Origin: a virus
Taxonomy: Duplodnaviria > Caudoviricetes
DNA length: 64,000 bases
IMG/VR virus record: IMGVR_UViG_3300042507_005041
Coordinates: 1-64,000 of that record
Strand: one strand, 5' to 3'
The position numbers and the translations under genes were made by a program. Below are positions 39,381 through 49,491 of the stretch, piece after piece; position 1 is the stretch's first letter; the number at the start of each line of letters is the position of its first letter. A model generated the notes under the pieces. It was not told the DNA's origin. It was given only the letters and a program-made list of their open reading frames with translations, and made no database searches.

Positions 39381-40960
39381 TTAGATTTCTTTTTGTTGTT
39401 CTTCTTTGGTGTATTTTTGTTAGTAATTAATTTACTTTTAGTTGATGGACTATCAGTAAAATTATTAAAACTTAAAGACAAAGATCTATTTCTAGGAGAT
39501 GTAAACATATTTCTAGTAGAAACTATAGATCCGTTGTGTCCGTGTGTATTCATTCTGCAGTGAGAAATGAGAGAGGGAGAAACACGGATGTTATAGCTGT
39601 TCCATCCATAACGTGAAGTTTTAGGAACGGTATATGTGTACATTGAAGAATCATTGCACACAATAGTATAGTGTGATATGCTAGCATATCCCTTATGTGG
39701 ATCTCTGTAATAAGCTTTAATAAAAGTTTTCCAAGATGCATCTAATTCATGAAGAATTGGAGCAAATACTTGACCATAAGATGGTGGAGTAGATGGAGAA
39801 GGAATAGTTGTTGTAGTAGATGTAGTAGATGTAGTTACTGGAATAGTTGTAGTTGTGGGAGGAATTACTGGTAAAGTAGGAATAGTTGTTGTGGTAGTTG
39901 ATGGAATAGTTGTTGTTGTTGTTGTTGTTGTAATTGGTGTGGGATTGGACGATGAAAACAAATGTCCAAAATGTAAATAAGGAAGAGAAATTGATGTATA
40001 AGAATCAACAGCTCTTTTAGTAGTAGAAGTAAAGTCTGATACGACTTTATCTACAGATTGTTTTCCAAACTTAGATCTATATACAGCAAAAGCTCCAGTA
40101 ACAAAAGGAGCAGCCATAGAAGTTCCAGAAGCTGTTGTGTACTTAGATGAAGTTGTGGAAGAAAGAATGGAATGACCAGGAGCTGCAATTGTTGTGTGCT
40201 TGTTAATGTTGGAAAAATTAGTAATAGCAGTGCTGTTAGTATACATAGCAGCAACAGAAACAGCTGATGAGATGCATGCAGGAGCACTCATCCCATGGGC
40301 ATAGCTATTACCCGAAGAGATGACTGTAGCAATTGAATTAGCCCTAAGGTCTTCAATTGCTTTTGTCATTGCAGGAATATAATCATCACATGTAGTTTTA
40401 TATGGAGTAGATCCGCCGAGCGACATGTTAATAGAGGTGATATTATATTGAGAAGAAATTGAGTTAACCCAATTTAAAGCTTTAATAATATCGCTGTCGT
40501 AAGCAGCACCAGTGGAATCAAAAACATTGATAGCAATAATTTTAGCTCCAGGTGCTACACCATTGTAAGATGAATTATATCCAGCTGCAATACCAGCAAC
40601 ATGAGTGCCATGCCAGTGAACAGGATTAGCAGCACCAGAACCAATTTGTTGATTTAAACCATTAGGACACTTTGGTGCGAAGCATGCTTCTAAAGCAACT
40701 CTTTGCTGAAAGAATGGATGATCTTTTTGAATACCAGTGTCAATAATTACAACGTAAGTTCCATCTCCGATAAATTTATCTTGATGAGGAAGATTAGCTG
40801 CAATAAAAGGAATTGCGGTTGAAAGACTAAACGTAAATTTTACAGGAGCGTTAGCAGGAGCTACGTCATAAGTAAAGGTTTCTGCTTTAATAGGGGACGC
40901 AATAAAGGCAGTTGTTAATAAAGTAAAAAGTAAACTATACCGTTTAAATTTGTATAACAT
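39377..40960 (-). CDS. Secreted subtilisin-like S8 serine protease with a Thr-rich linker
   Basis: Signal peptide; IDTG, HGTHVAGIA, SGTSMAAP catalytic triad. Confidence 0.95.
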   Translation of the reverse strand: MLYKFKRYSLLFTLLTTAFIASPIKAETFTYDVAPANAPVKFTFSLSTAIPFIAANLPHQDKFIGDGTYVVIIDTGIQKDHPFFQQRVALEACFAPKCPNGLNQQIGSGAANPVHWHGTHVAGIAAGYNSSYNGVAPGAKIIAINVFDSTGAAYDSDIIKALNWVNSISSQYNITSINMSLGGSTPYKTTCDDYIPAMTKAIEDLRANSIATVISSGNSYAHGMSAPACISSAVSVAAMYTNSTAITNFSNINKHTTIAAPGHSILSSTTSSKYTTASGTSMAAPFVTGAFAVYRSKFGKQSVDKVVSDFTSTTKRAVDSYTSISLPYLHFGHLFSSSNPTPITTTTTTTTIPSTTTTTIPTLPVIPPTTTTIPVTTSTTSTTTTIPSPSTPPSYGQVFAPILHELDASWKTFIKAYYRDPHKGYASISHYTIVCNDSSMYTYTVPKTSRYGWNSYNIRVSPSLISHCRMNTHGHNGSIVSTRNMFTSPRNRSLSLSFNNFTDSPSTKSKLITNKNTPKKNNKKKSK

Positions 40961-40995
40961 TATTTCTCTATTCTATATATATCTATTTTTTGTAC

Positions 40996-42672
40996 TTAGT
41001 ATCTTTTTTTAGAATAATCTATTTTATTTTGAAGCCATTTAGGCTTAGGGTTATTCTCGTAATGACGAGAAATGATTTGACTAGCCATACCCTTAGTCAT
41101 GTCTGATGTAATGGGTACGCCAATTCTTTTAAGTATTTTCTTTTGAGGATCAGTCGGTCCATCGCTTCTCCATGCTGCAGAAGCATCGAGTAAAGCCATA
41201 GATGAAGCTCTATTGGATTGAACCCATTTGTCTGATCGTGCAAAAGCTTCTCTCATATCTGGAACAGTTCCTAAAAGACGAGTAGTTTTTTGAGGGTTAT
41301 CATGAAGAGTAACATTCCATCTGCCGAGAGTATCGCATTTAATACGCATAGATTCTGCGTTGTTTAAACCAAGATGATATTCATCTTCTGCAATTTCAGC
41401 CCAAACAAGTTTGGAATATTCTTGAACAATAGGGTTAGGTGGAGGAGGCATAAACAAGTTGATACGAGTATATGCTAGTTCGATATCTTCTGGATTAAGA
41501 ACACGAACTGCTTCACCGGGAGCGTAAGCTTCAAGTTCTTCAAACTTTTCAGCAACGTCTGTTAGGCTTTGTCCTTGTAAATCGAATTCTGGTGGCAGAC
41601 CCAAAAGAGTAGGAAGGCCAATAGGCTTCTTTCCCTTTGTGGTATCTGCAATGTCGATAATTATACAATGAGGCTTACCTTCGTATAGTCGAGTTCCTCG
41701 ACCAACTATTTGAGTATAAAGCAGAGCACTACGTGTAGGCTTTGCAAGAATAATAGCTTCGATAGAAGGTTCGTCAAAGCCTTCAGTTAAAACGCCAACA
41801 TTTACAATTACGGAAATCTTTCCCGTAGCAAAGTCCGCAAGTATTTGTTCTCGTTCTTCTCGTGGAGTTGTACCCACGATTACTGCTGTTTCTACCGACG
41901 ATTGTCTAAAGGATAAGGCCAAGTTTTCGGCGTGTTTGACGCCGGATGCGAATACAACGGCTTTCTTAGAGTCTGCCAGACTAAAATAGCTAGCGACGAT
42001 ATGAGCGTTACGCTCAGGATTGTCAATTTTGTTTTCCAATTGAGATTGGCTATAGTCGCCATTTTGAATCTCCACTTCCGATATATCTGTACTTGTTTTT
42101 ACTCTATATCCAACAAGAGGACTTAACCATCCATCTTTAATAAGATCTTGTATAGTTTTATAATATACAATCTCCTGAAAGACATCGATTAATCTTGTTG
42201 AATCAGAACGTTGAGGGGTAGCTGTTACTCCAAGTATAAAAGAAGGATTGAAATAATCAATAACTCTTCTGTACGATGGAGCAGCAGCATGATGAGCTTC
42301 GTCTATAACAATTGATTTAAAATAATCTTTAGGATATCCCTCTATACGAGGTGTACCATTGCGACCTAATGTAGCAACAGATGCTACAACTACGTCAACG
42401 TGACCAGCTTTACGTTCAGCTTGTTCTATCTCTACAGTAAGATGTGGATTAGATGCAAGAATTTTAGATCTTGCTTGTTCAAGCAGCTCTGCACGATGAG
42501 CTAATACTAGCATCGGCAGAGAGTCTGGTTTAATCTTAGGAAGATGGGAAAATATAACAGTTTTACCTGCTCCAGTTGGAAGAACAACAAGCTGCCTGTT
42601 GATTCCATTTTCTTGATTAACAAGAATAGAATCTAATGCCTCTTGTTGATATGGGCGCAAGGTAATAGTCAT
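40996..42672 (-). CDS. SF2 DEAH helicase (Irc3/ResIII-like)
   Basis: LRPYQ, PTGAGKT, DEAHH, TATP, LTEGFD, QIVGRG.R. Confidence 0.95.
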   Translation of the reverse strand: MTITLRPYQQEALDSILVNQENGINRQLVVLPTGAGKTVIFSHLPKIKPDSLPMLVLAHRAELLEQARSKILASNPHLTVEIEQAERKAGHVDVVVASVATLGRNGTPRIEGYPKDYFKSIVIDEAHHAAAPSYRRVIDYFNPSFILGVTATPQRSDSTRLIDVFQEIVYYKTIQDLIKDGWLSPLVGYRVKTSTDISEVEIQNGDYSQSQLENKIDNPERNAHIVASYFSLADSKKAVVFASGVKHAENLALSFRQSSVETAVIVGTTPREEREQILADFATGKISVIVNVGVLTEGFDEPSIEAIILAKPTRSALLYTQIVGRGTRLYEGKPHCIIIDIADTTKGKKPIGLPTLLGLPPEFDLQGQSLTDVAEKFEELEAYAPGEAVRVLNPEDIELAYTRINLFMPPPPNPIVQEYSKLVWAEIAEDEYHLGLNNAESMRIKCDTLGRWNVTLHDNPQKTTRLLGTVPDMREAFARSDKWVQSNRASSMALLDASAAWRSDGPTDPQKKILKRIGVPITSDMTKGMASQIISRHYENNPKPKWLQNKIDYSKKRY

Positions 42673-42860
42673 ATTAATTAAAATCCAAAAAGATCAGTCT
42701 CTCCGAAGAAAGGTTCAATTGTAATATTGTTCTCTAGTTTTTCGTAATCGAATTGCTCTATTTTACCACAAACAATTGTGTTTGACTCGTTAAAGCAAAC
42801 TAATGGTTTATTATTTTCTTGAGAAGGTTTTTCTAGTATGGGTGTAATAGTTTTCATAAT

Positions 42861-43529
42861 TTATCCTTGAAAGATCATACGAGAACCTTTATTTGAATGA
42901 AGATTGTCACGATTAACTATTTCGTATGTAATTTGGTTATCGTCATAATATGCAAGGACTTCGTCAAAGGTAAAAGGTCCTCTGTTTTCTACGTGAGAAA
43001 AGATAAAGAATAACTCTACCATATCACCAGCTGCAGAAAGTTCTCCATTAGAATCTTCTTTAGCTACTGAAGACATGTTAGAATTTTCATATTGAAAGAT
43101 AACATCATTGTCTTCGTTGATGGTGTAAGGTAAAGTATAAATGTAACAAGATTCAGGAGATACAAATGTCATGTTTAAAGCATCGTATAACTTGTCTCCA
43201 GTATCTGGATTTTTAACATTAGAATCAGCAGCAACTATGAATAGCTGTGATCCAATGGTTACAGGAAAAAACAAAAGCTCAGAAAGAGCTTGATAAAGAT
43301 CATCTCTACCTTCAAATGGTCGACAGGTAAATACGCCAACTATATCTTTGTTTGCATTAAAAACTACAGATGTAGGAGCGAATGTATCTGGACCACTTGA
43401 TTTGATGATACTTGAAAAGAAAGAAGAAATTTTCTGAACTTGTTTCCAAGCATCAGGAATAATTTCTTCAGTACGTGTGTTAAAGTCTTCAGGACTTAGG
43501 AAATCAAAAGATAAATCATCTTTAGACAT
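42861..43529 (-). CDS. Hypothetical protein
   Basis: 222 aa; GGAG RBS. Confidence 0.75.
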   Translation of the reverse strand: MSKDDLSFDFLSPEDFNTRTEEIIPDAWKQVQKISSFFSSIIKSSGPDTFAPTSVVFNANKDIVGVFTCRPFEGRDDLYQALSELLFFPVTIGSQLFIVAADSNVKNPDTGDKLYDALNMTFVSPESCYIYTLPYTINEDNDVIFQYENSNMSSVAKEDSNGELSAAGDMVELFFIFSHVENRGPFTFDEVLAYYDDNQITYEIVNRDNLHSNKGSRMIFQG

Positions 43530-43563
43530 TTAAATAACTCCAATATATAATAAGAACGTAAGT

Positions 43564-43601
43564 AGCGGTGCCCAAAGAAAGTAATTTCTTTAGACACCGC
43601 T
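43564..43601 (-). terminator. Long hairpin after the polymerase-like gene
   Basis: AGCGGTG...CACCGCT enclosing AAAGAAA/TTTCTTT. Confidence 0.5.
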
Positions 43602-43615
43602 TTCTATACTTACTG

Positions 43616-46165
43616 TTAGAACTCAGCCTTCAAACGACGAACAGGCTTAGGCTTTTCGTCTACGTTTGTAAATACGATAGGAGAATACTGAGCATGGAAG
43701 GACTGGTATTCATACATATCATTAAATGTATGTTGCTGTCCTTCTGGATCTGTATACGTCCATGTTTCATATTTGGTTGAGATGGGAACATATTTTCCGT
43801 TGGCAAAGGTCATGGTTACGCGATTACCAATACCATAGTGAATGAGAGCTTTCTCAAGGTATGGGTAAACAACGCGGTTCATGACAATCTGATCGGAAAA
43901 CTTTCCAGTGCTAGTAGGCTCTTTGATGCACGCACAATAAAGTGCGATAACAAAGTCATGTTGATCTTCAGGTCGTTCGAAAGAATTGATCTTATCTACA
44001 ATTGACTTGTAAAGATATTCCCATTCTTCACGCTTAATAGCACCTGTTGTTTGAACATTCTCATTAGAGTTTGTATTGTAAATATTCATTCGGAAGTCAC
44101 GAAGGACTGGAATTGCATGGAAATACAAACGCTGAGCAAGTTTCTGAATATTCTCAGACAAAACAATGTTTTCTTGAGAATACTTGGTAACACGTTCAAC
44201 ATACTTATTGTAATAATGAGTACAAAGAGTATTGAGGTGAGTAAGTGTGCCTGTGTATGTTTCGACTTCAGGATGCTTGCGAGCAAGATTCTTAAATCGA
44301 CCATGCCACAGGTCGTGATCAATAGGCTTACCTGAATCAAGAACTTCTTGAATAATCAGTTCAGCTTCGGCATCGATCGCAAGACGATCTCGAGAGTCTG
44401 ATGTTTGAGTACAACCATCGATTGCAGACTCCATAGAACAGACTTGCACCTTACGATGCTTACCGATAACAGATGAATGGAGCATTGAGCCGTTAACAAA
44501 ACGACCAACGTTACCACCATTCATTGCAGTATCGACATCTGCCATGACGTCTTCAATAGAATACTCTTCACCGGCTTCACGAGCTGGTAGTGGACTATAG
44601 CTACTTGGAAGACCAGTGTAGCGAACACTACCAGAACGAATTGCAGTAGACAAACGTTCTGGCCAATTGCGAGAATTAACTTCAGGGAAAGTTACTTCTT
44701 CACCATCGGCTTTTGTCCACTTGGGAGCCCATTCTCCTTCAACATAGTTAAAGATAGAATACTCTCCGTAACCGTTTGGTGAACGAGCGATGATAACAAC
44801 TTTGTCGCCATCACGCTGTCCACCAGTAAGGGTACGATAGAACAACTTAAAGAAGTCGTCTTCGTCATGACCGCCATGGCTTTCGTACATCTCAAGCCAG
44901 TCGAAGTCGTTGACAACATGAACGCCAATTTGATTTAAGCGTTTGATGTCACCTTCTTCAACTTCGATGTCATATCCAGCCATACGTGCTAATGATTCAG
45001 GAATAATCTGTTCATAAACACTGCATGGAATAGGAATACGATTCTCAAGAGGCTGAGCATGAGAGATAGCAAGAGTCTTAAACAACCACGGAGAATCCGT
45101 AATTGAAAGTCCCATGCTAGCCCAACGATGGCCTACATAGTTAATACGTGCTTGAGCTTCAAGATCTTCTGTTTCTTTATTCTCACGAGAGAATTGACGA
45201 ACGAAGATTGATTTCCAGTTGGCAAGCAACTTGCCTTGAATAGCTTCTTGAAACATCTTTTCATATTCTTCCACAAGCCACATCTCCATATCGCTTTTAC
45301 GGAAAAGCTTAGGAAGATTAATAACGGTCTGATGGTCTGTGATAACACGAGACTTTGGACCTTGTGGTTCTGCAAGAAGTCGTACTCCACCTGAGTAAGA
45401 AACTTCTTTCTTCAGGTTTGCACGAGAAACGATGATATCAACATCAAGAGGAAGATTGTCAGAAACAATCATATTGCCCTTGATCATGCCTTCATCAATG
45501 AAGATACGAGCATTATATACTTTTGAATTAGCAAGAAAGCGTTGAAGCTTTTGGCGGAATTCAGGATCGTAATAAATGTCGTTTGTGTCAAGTTCATTAT
45601 CTGCGTCATAAACAGGCAAGTTTTGAATTGCTGATTGAATAACGCGAGATGAAATAACAAAGCCACCGTCAAGCAAGCGTGACAAGACTTCAGGATCAGA
45701 GATCCAATCAGCCCAACCAGTGGAGAAATCATAACGACTATAGTCGGTAGGTTCTACCCACTTGATGTTAAGGCTATTGAAGTGAGCATTAATTAAAGTT
45801 GCACGGTGAAATGCTTTTGCACGCTTAGAAGTTTTGCCTCCACCTTTAACGGTGTAGCCAGCAGCTTTAACAGCTGACATCCAACCTTCTGAGCCCTTAA
45901 GTGAACAAGCAACAACTTTGTTCTTGTCAACAAGGGCATATTGAACGGAAGGATGAGAAATGATTTTCTCAAGTTCTGCACGATCAAAAAGGTTGGTAGG
46001 AATTGGAAGCGATGCGATACGGAATTCGTTAGAGCCAGACTCTTCCATGAGCTGGCGCATAACACCAATATCGTAAAATCCAATTTGGTATTCTTCTGAA
46101 GAACGAAGTGGAGCATTCTTAAATGCTTTCATACGTACTTTGGGCCGATATGTATTAAAGTTCAT
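43616..46165 (-). CDS. Single-subunit two-barrel (YonO/eukaryotic RdRP-like) RNA polymerase-like protein 2
   Basis: DGGFVIS, ARI..MIKG, HGGHDEDD, RSPN, VGRFVN, SAID; paralog of 59186-61576. Confidence 0.7.
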   Translation of the reverse strand: MNFNTYRPKVRMKAFKNAPLRSSEEYQIGFYDIGVMRQLMEESGSNEFRIASLPIPTNLFDRAELEKIISHPSVQYALVDKNKVVACSLKGSEGWMSAVKAAGYTVKGGGKTSKRAKAFHRATLINAHFNSLNIKWVEPTDYSRYDFSTGWADWISDPEVLSRLLDGGFVISSRVIQSAIQNLPVYDADNELDTNDIYYDPEFRQKLQRFLANSKVYNARIFIDEGMIKGNMIVSDNLPLDVDIIVSRANLKKEVSYSGGVRLLAEPQGPKSRVITDHQTVINLPKLFRKSDMEMWLVEEYEKMFQEAIQGKLLANWKSIFVRQFSRENKETEDLEAQARINYVGHRWASMGLSITDSPWLFKTLAISHAQPLENRIPIPCSVYEQIIPESLARMAGYDIEVEEGDIKRLNQIGVHVVNDFDWLEMYESHGGHDEDDFFKLFYRTLTGGQRDGDKVVIIARSPNGYGEYSIFNYVEGEWAPKWTKADGEEVTFPEVNSRNWPERLSTAIRSGSVRYTGLPSSYSPLPAREAGEEYSIEDVMADVDTAMNGGNVGRFVNGSMLHSSVIGKHRKVQVCSMESAIDGCTQTSDSRDRLAIDAEAELIIQEVLDSGKPIDHDLWHGRFKNLARKHPEVETYTGTLTHLNTLCTHYYNKYVERVTKYSQENIVLSENIQKLAQRLYFHAIPVLRDFRMNIYNTNSNENVQTTGAIKREEWEYLYKSIVDKINSFERPEDQHDFVIALYCACIKEPTSTGKFSDQIVMNRVVYPYLEKALIHYGIGNRVTMTFANGKYVPISTKYETWTYTDPEGQQHTFNDMYEYQSFHAQYSPIVFTNVDEKPKPVRRLKAEF

Positions 46166-46271
46166 AGTCCCTCCTAAGGTCTACGTTTAAGTCCCTTCTC
46201 TTTGAATGAACTATTGCCTTATTAAAAAACAATTGTTACTCAAATAGAAGTTTATATTTATATTTGATAAG

Positions 46272-46560
46272 TGGCATATCATATCATAGAAGCTCAGTTC
46301 TATGACACTCTATTATCCTTCGGGGAATATGCCAGTACCCGGTACTGTAGTTTTGCACAACTGCAGGGGTCCGCTACAGATTATTTTCGGAGTGTGGAAG
46401 TGGCAGGAGTCGAACCTGCTTTATAAATCGACATGAACACAAAGGAAAAGAAAGAGTTTTTTTAATTTATAAAATCCTACATACACTTCCGTGATACCAG
46501 CTGTTATATTTTTGGAGCCAGGCTGGTACTGGTCCTTCACAGGTATATAACTAAACCTGT
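46272..46560 (-). ncRNA. Cluster of structured RNAs, including a tRNA-scaffold RNA at 46395-46490
   Basis: Perfect acceptor GGAAGTG/CACTTCC-A and T-arm GCAGG-TTCGACT-CCTGC; flanking hairpins. Confidence 0.6.
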
Positions 46561-46571
46561 TCTTAGGTTAA

Positions 46572-46769
46572 CTAAGAAACTTTACGGGCAACAGGATAAC
46601 CCAACTTATTTCCAGAAAATACAGTTGGTAGTTTTGTTTTGTTTATTATCATGTTGTAATCATTTAAAGCGTCACAAATTCGCAAGCAAATATTATGAAG
46701 CTCATCGTGGTTGATTTTAGTTGTTTGCAGACTTTCGTAGATGTCTGAATACATTTGTGTATAGTTCAC
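46572..46769 (-). CDS. Small hypothetical protein, paralog of 8879-9082
   Basis: AGGAG RBS, GTG start, shared motif. Confidence 0.75.
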   Translation of the reverse strand: MNYTQMYSDIYESLQTTKINHDELHNICLRICDALNDYNMIINKTKLPTVFSGNKLGYPVARKVS

Positions 46770-46854
46770 AAATATCTCCTTTTATAGACATGAACTACTC
46801 ATCTACAGCATAAAGTTAATACGCTGTTGAAGAATGTTCAAGTGATGTAACTTG

Positions 46855-47439
46855 TCATTGTTTTGTAGGTACGATAAGACCGTTAACAAAAGTGTTAAAC
46901 TTTGAACGAGTCTTATTAGAGATGCGCCACATATTAAAGGCCCAACGATCAGGATCAACGTCTTCGGTCCAGTGAGGATTTTTGCAGTTGAACTCAAAAA
47001 CTTCACCACCTGTCATTGGGACTTTAATTATTTCAGAAGGATTGATACAATCTTCTGGACGAGCCCATCCAAAGCCTGGATAAATTCTTTCATAGCACCA
47101 AGTGACTTTGCCTAGATTGATTCCGATAGAACGGAAGTCAGCATAGCTAGCATCACGGTGAGATGAAATAGATCCACCTTTAGATACAAGACCTAGTTCT
47201 GGTTCCCAATTAAAAGTTGAACAAATGTTTCTAACAAATATCCAAATCTTTTCATCTTGAAGACCTAGTTGGAAATCAAGAGATTCAGCAAGTGGGGCTT
47301 CATAGGGAAACCAAGAACGACGTCGTCCTGGAGCATAGTTGGAAACGTCTGCTCCAAGGTCAGGTGCAATGTTCTCTTCAAGATATTGAACTGCTTTAGC
47401 TACGCGTTCTGGACTGATTGTTGTAATAATATTAAGCAT
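46855..47439 (-). CDS. 2OG-Fe(II) dioxygenase (AlkB-like)
   Basis: I..HRD...H.......RW.FN.W. Confidence 0.7.
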   Translation of the reverse strand: MLNIITTISPERVAKAVQYLEENIAPDLGADVSNYAPGRRRSWFPYEAPLAESLDFQLGLQDEKIWIFVRNICSTFNWEPELGLVSKGGSISSHRDASYADFRSIGINLGKVTWCYERIYPGFGWARPEDCINPSEIIKVPMTGGEVFEFNCKNPHWTEDVDPDRWAFNMWRISNKTRSKFNTFVNGLIVPTKQ

Positions 47440-47822
47440 TAGGATTCCTTGTTAAAGTTTGTAATTATCGATTTAAAGTGTTTATTAGATGGTTTAGAAG
47501 TAATGTTCTTTTTTTGTTTTTGCTGCAAAATAGGAAGTAACTTATAATAATACTGATTGTAATAATAACTTATAACCCAATCTAAAATCTCTTGTGAAAT
47601 ATCAAGACTAAGGTTAAGACGGCGAAGACTACGATCTAACTCTTTAAATTGTGCGTTAGTTATTTGTACATCTTTCTTTAAACGATTAGCTGGAGTAGTA
47701 ATAATTTCATAAAAGTTGATGTAACCAGCGTCGTAAAATTTATTACGAAGAGAATTGGTTACATGAAGGTTTTCATTTTTTACTTTTCTAATGTCTTGAT
47801 AAAGAAATTTATAAATAGACAT
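47439..47822 (-). CDS. RNA polymerase alpha-CTD/HhH-like protein
   Basis: L.V...LRN....AG....EI......L.......E....L..LNL.L pattern. Confidence 0.5.
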   Translation of the reverse strand: MSIYKFLYQDIRKVKNENLHVTNSLRNKFYDAGYINFYEIITTPANRLKKDVQITNAQFKELDRSLRRLNLSLDISQEILDWVISYYYNQYYYKLLPILQQKQKKNITSKPSNKHFKSIITNFNKES

Positions 47823-47830
47823 TTTATTCC

Positions 47831-48574
47831 TTATTTATCAAATGGATTGTTAGGGATTTCAATGTATTGCTTTTCACCGTTAATGGTAATGTGTGAAGGG
47901 CGAACGGCAGGAGTGCCATGCTGTTCCTGATATGCAATTGCGTAATAATGGCTAAGGAAAATTTTGACTGCAAATCTACGTGCTTGCGCATCGATTTGTT
48001 GTTCAGAAAGTTTGCCCTGCTTTAGCAATGGTGCGTCAGAACGAAACTTGTATGGTAGATCGGAAAGAATGTCTTTAGCTTTATCTGCATACAGGCCTTC
48101 ATTGTTCTTCTTAATGCGACGCTCTTTATCTTGAAGATAGAGCTTGCCGTAAAAACAATTTGGCTTAGACGCATGCTTAGCAAAGTTAGAGCCAATCTTC
48201 CAGCAAATAGATTTAAGATCACCATTAAAGATTTTCTTATCACTAGATGATGGGTCAAGACCAGCATAACGCCACACAGCTCCAGGAGTGTGTGCCTTAA
48301 CTATGTCAATATGTGACAAGAGTCCAGCTGAAAGTACTGGACCAATTCCAAACTGAGAAGAAGCCCATTTAGCAACGACGCTGTCTTCAATATAGTTTGC
48401 AAGTGGTCGCTTGACAATTGAATCAATTGAGTCAAGAGTATCGACAATAGAACTAATAGTTGGGATAGGGTTGGATGTAGGATTTAAGGCTTCAATTGCA
48501 AGCTTTGCTTCCTCCATCCGATTGTATGATGCAACAATCTTTTGGACTGATGTTTTATTAATATTATTTGACAT
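47831..48574 (-). CDS. Nop-domain/IS110 C-terminal-like protein without nuclease domain (TasA-like)
   Basis: GIGPVLSAGL, VWRYAGLDP, FN..LK..CW, Y..LY...K, A.R..VK.FL. Confidence 0.7.
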   Translation of the reverse strand: MSNNINKTSVQKIVASYNRMEEAKLAIEALNPTSNPIPTISSIVDTLDSIDSIVKRPLANYIEDSVVAKWASSQFGIGPVLSAGLLSHIDIVKAHTPGAVWRYAGLDPSSSDKKIFNGDLKSICWKIGSNFAKHASKPNCFYGKLYLQDKERRIKKNNEGLYADKAKDILSDLPYKFRSDAPLLKQGKLSEQQIDAQARRFAVKIFLSHYYAIAYQEQHGTPAVRPSHITINGEKQYIEIPNNPFDK

Positions 48575-48594
48575 ATATTTTTCCTATTTTGATA

Positions 48595-48843
48595 TTAAAT
48601 ATTAAGAGTTAATTTTTGTTCACGTTTAAGTTTAGTTCGTGAACGAATAGATAGCCCACCAAATACGCCATAGTTGATGTTATTATCTATGGCGTATTGG
48701 GCACAGGGTGTTTTGACTGGACAACTTTTGCAAAATGCAACAGCTCTTTTAGTTCCCCCTGGATCAGATCCAGGAGGAAAGAAAAAGTTAGTGTCCATTC
48801 CTTTACATTTAGCTTGCTCCATAAAGGATGTATCTTCGTTCAT
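48595..48843 (-). CDS. whiB: WhiB-family Fe-S transcription factor
   Basis: A.C.G....FFP...C..CPV...C..YA.....GVFGG.S...R. Confidence 0.95.
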   Translation of the reverse strand: MNEDTSFMEQAKCKGMDTNFFFPPGSDPGGTKRAVAFCKSCPVKTPCAQYAIDNNINYGVFGGLSIRSRTKLKREQKLTLNI

Positions 48844-48852
48844 TTTAATTCC

Positions 48853-49473
48853 TTATTGTTGTTTTGGACGATGACCAGTAGCTGTTGGGTTCTGGAGAAC
48901 AAATGCAATCCAGAAGTATTCTAGAATTCCAGCAACAGTATAAAAATGATCTGGGTCAGATGAATTTCTAGGATCAACGGCCATGTAATCTAAGATTTCA
49001 GACCAAGATAAATCTGTTTTGCCGTAGTCTTCTAAAAGTGATTGAAACATTCCAAAATCATCTTCAGAAATATGAATATCTTCAGAAGCAATAACTTGAT
49101 TAATACGAGAAAGCTGTTGTTTAATCATGTGGCCAACAACATGAACTGTATTTTTGTGCAGCTGAATGTTGTCTACAGGTTCTAAAACATTATAACCTTC
49201 AGCGTCAGCAAGCTCTTCGCAATGCATGCATGGACATGGATTAAATCCATATGCAATTTCTTTGTGTTCAGTGTAACAATAACATGGGTAAACAGGTCTA
49301 GTAGTATTGAACATGGAAACAATGTCAGCTGCTAAAGCATCATTAACACCGCCTTGAACAAGCGATGAGTAAATACCAACTTCAGCTTCAATATCCCATT
49401 CAGGATTTGAAACAACTTTGTAGGACTCTGTTTCAGGATCCCATACAACTTTTTTGTCATTAGGTTGATTCAT
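48853..49473 (-). CDS. Hypothetical protein with a Cys cluster
   Basis: CYC...CPCMHC; AAGGAG RBS. Confidence 0.7.
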   Translation of the reverse strand: MNQPNDKKVVWDPETESYKVVSNPEWDIEAEVGIYSSLVQGGVNDALAADIVSMFNTTRPVYPCYCYTEHKEIAYGFNPCPCMHCEELADAEGYNVLEPVDNIQLHKNTVHVVGHMIKQQLSRINQVIASEDIHISEDDFGMFQSLLEDYGKTDLSWSEILDYMAVDPRNSSDPDHFYTVAGILEYFWIAFVLQNPTATGHRPKQQ

Positions 49474-49491
49474 TGTAATTACTCCTTGATA

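Noticed and set aside
39790-39945. Trinucleotide-like repeats (also GGxTCT at 920-1030)
   Set aside because: They encode Thr/Pro and Gly/Ser protein linkers and are not independent DNA elements
46395-46490. tmRNA
   Set aside because: Too short, no tag reading frame or pseudoknots, and no G3-U70 alanine determinant
47831-48574. Active IS110 insertion sequence
   Set aside because: No N-terminal RuvC-like DEDD domain, no catalytic SG motif, and no non-coding flank for a bridge RNA
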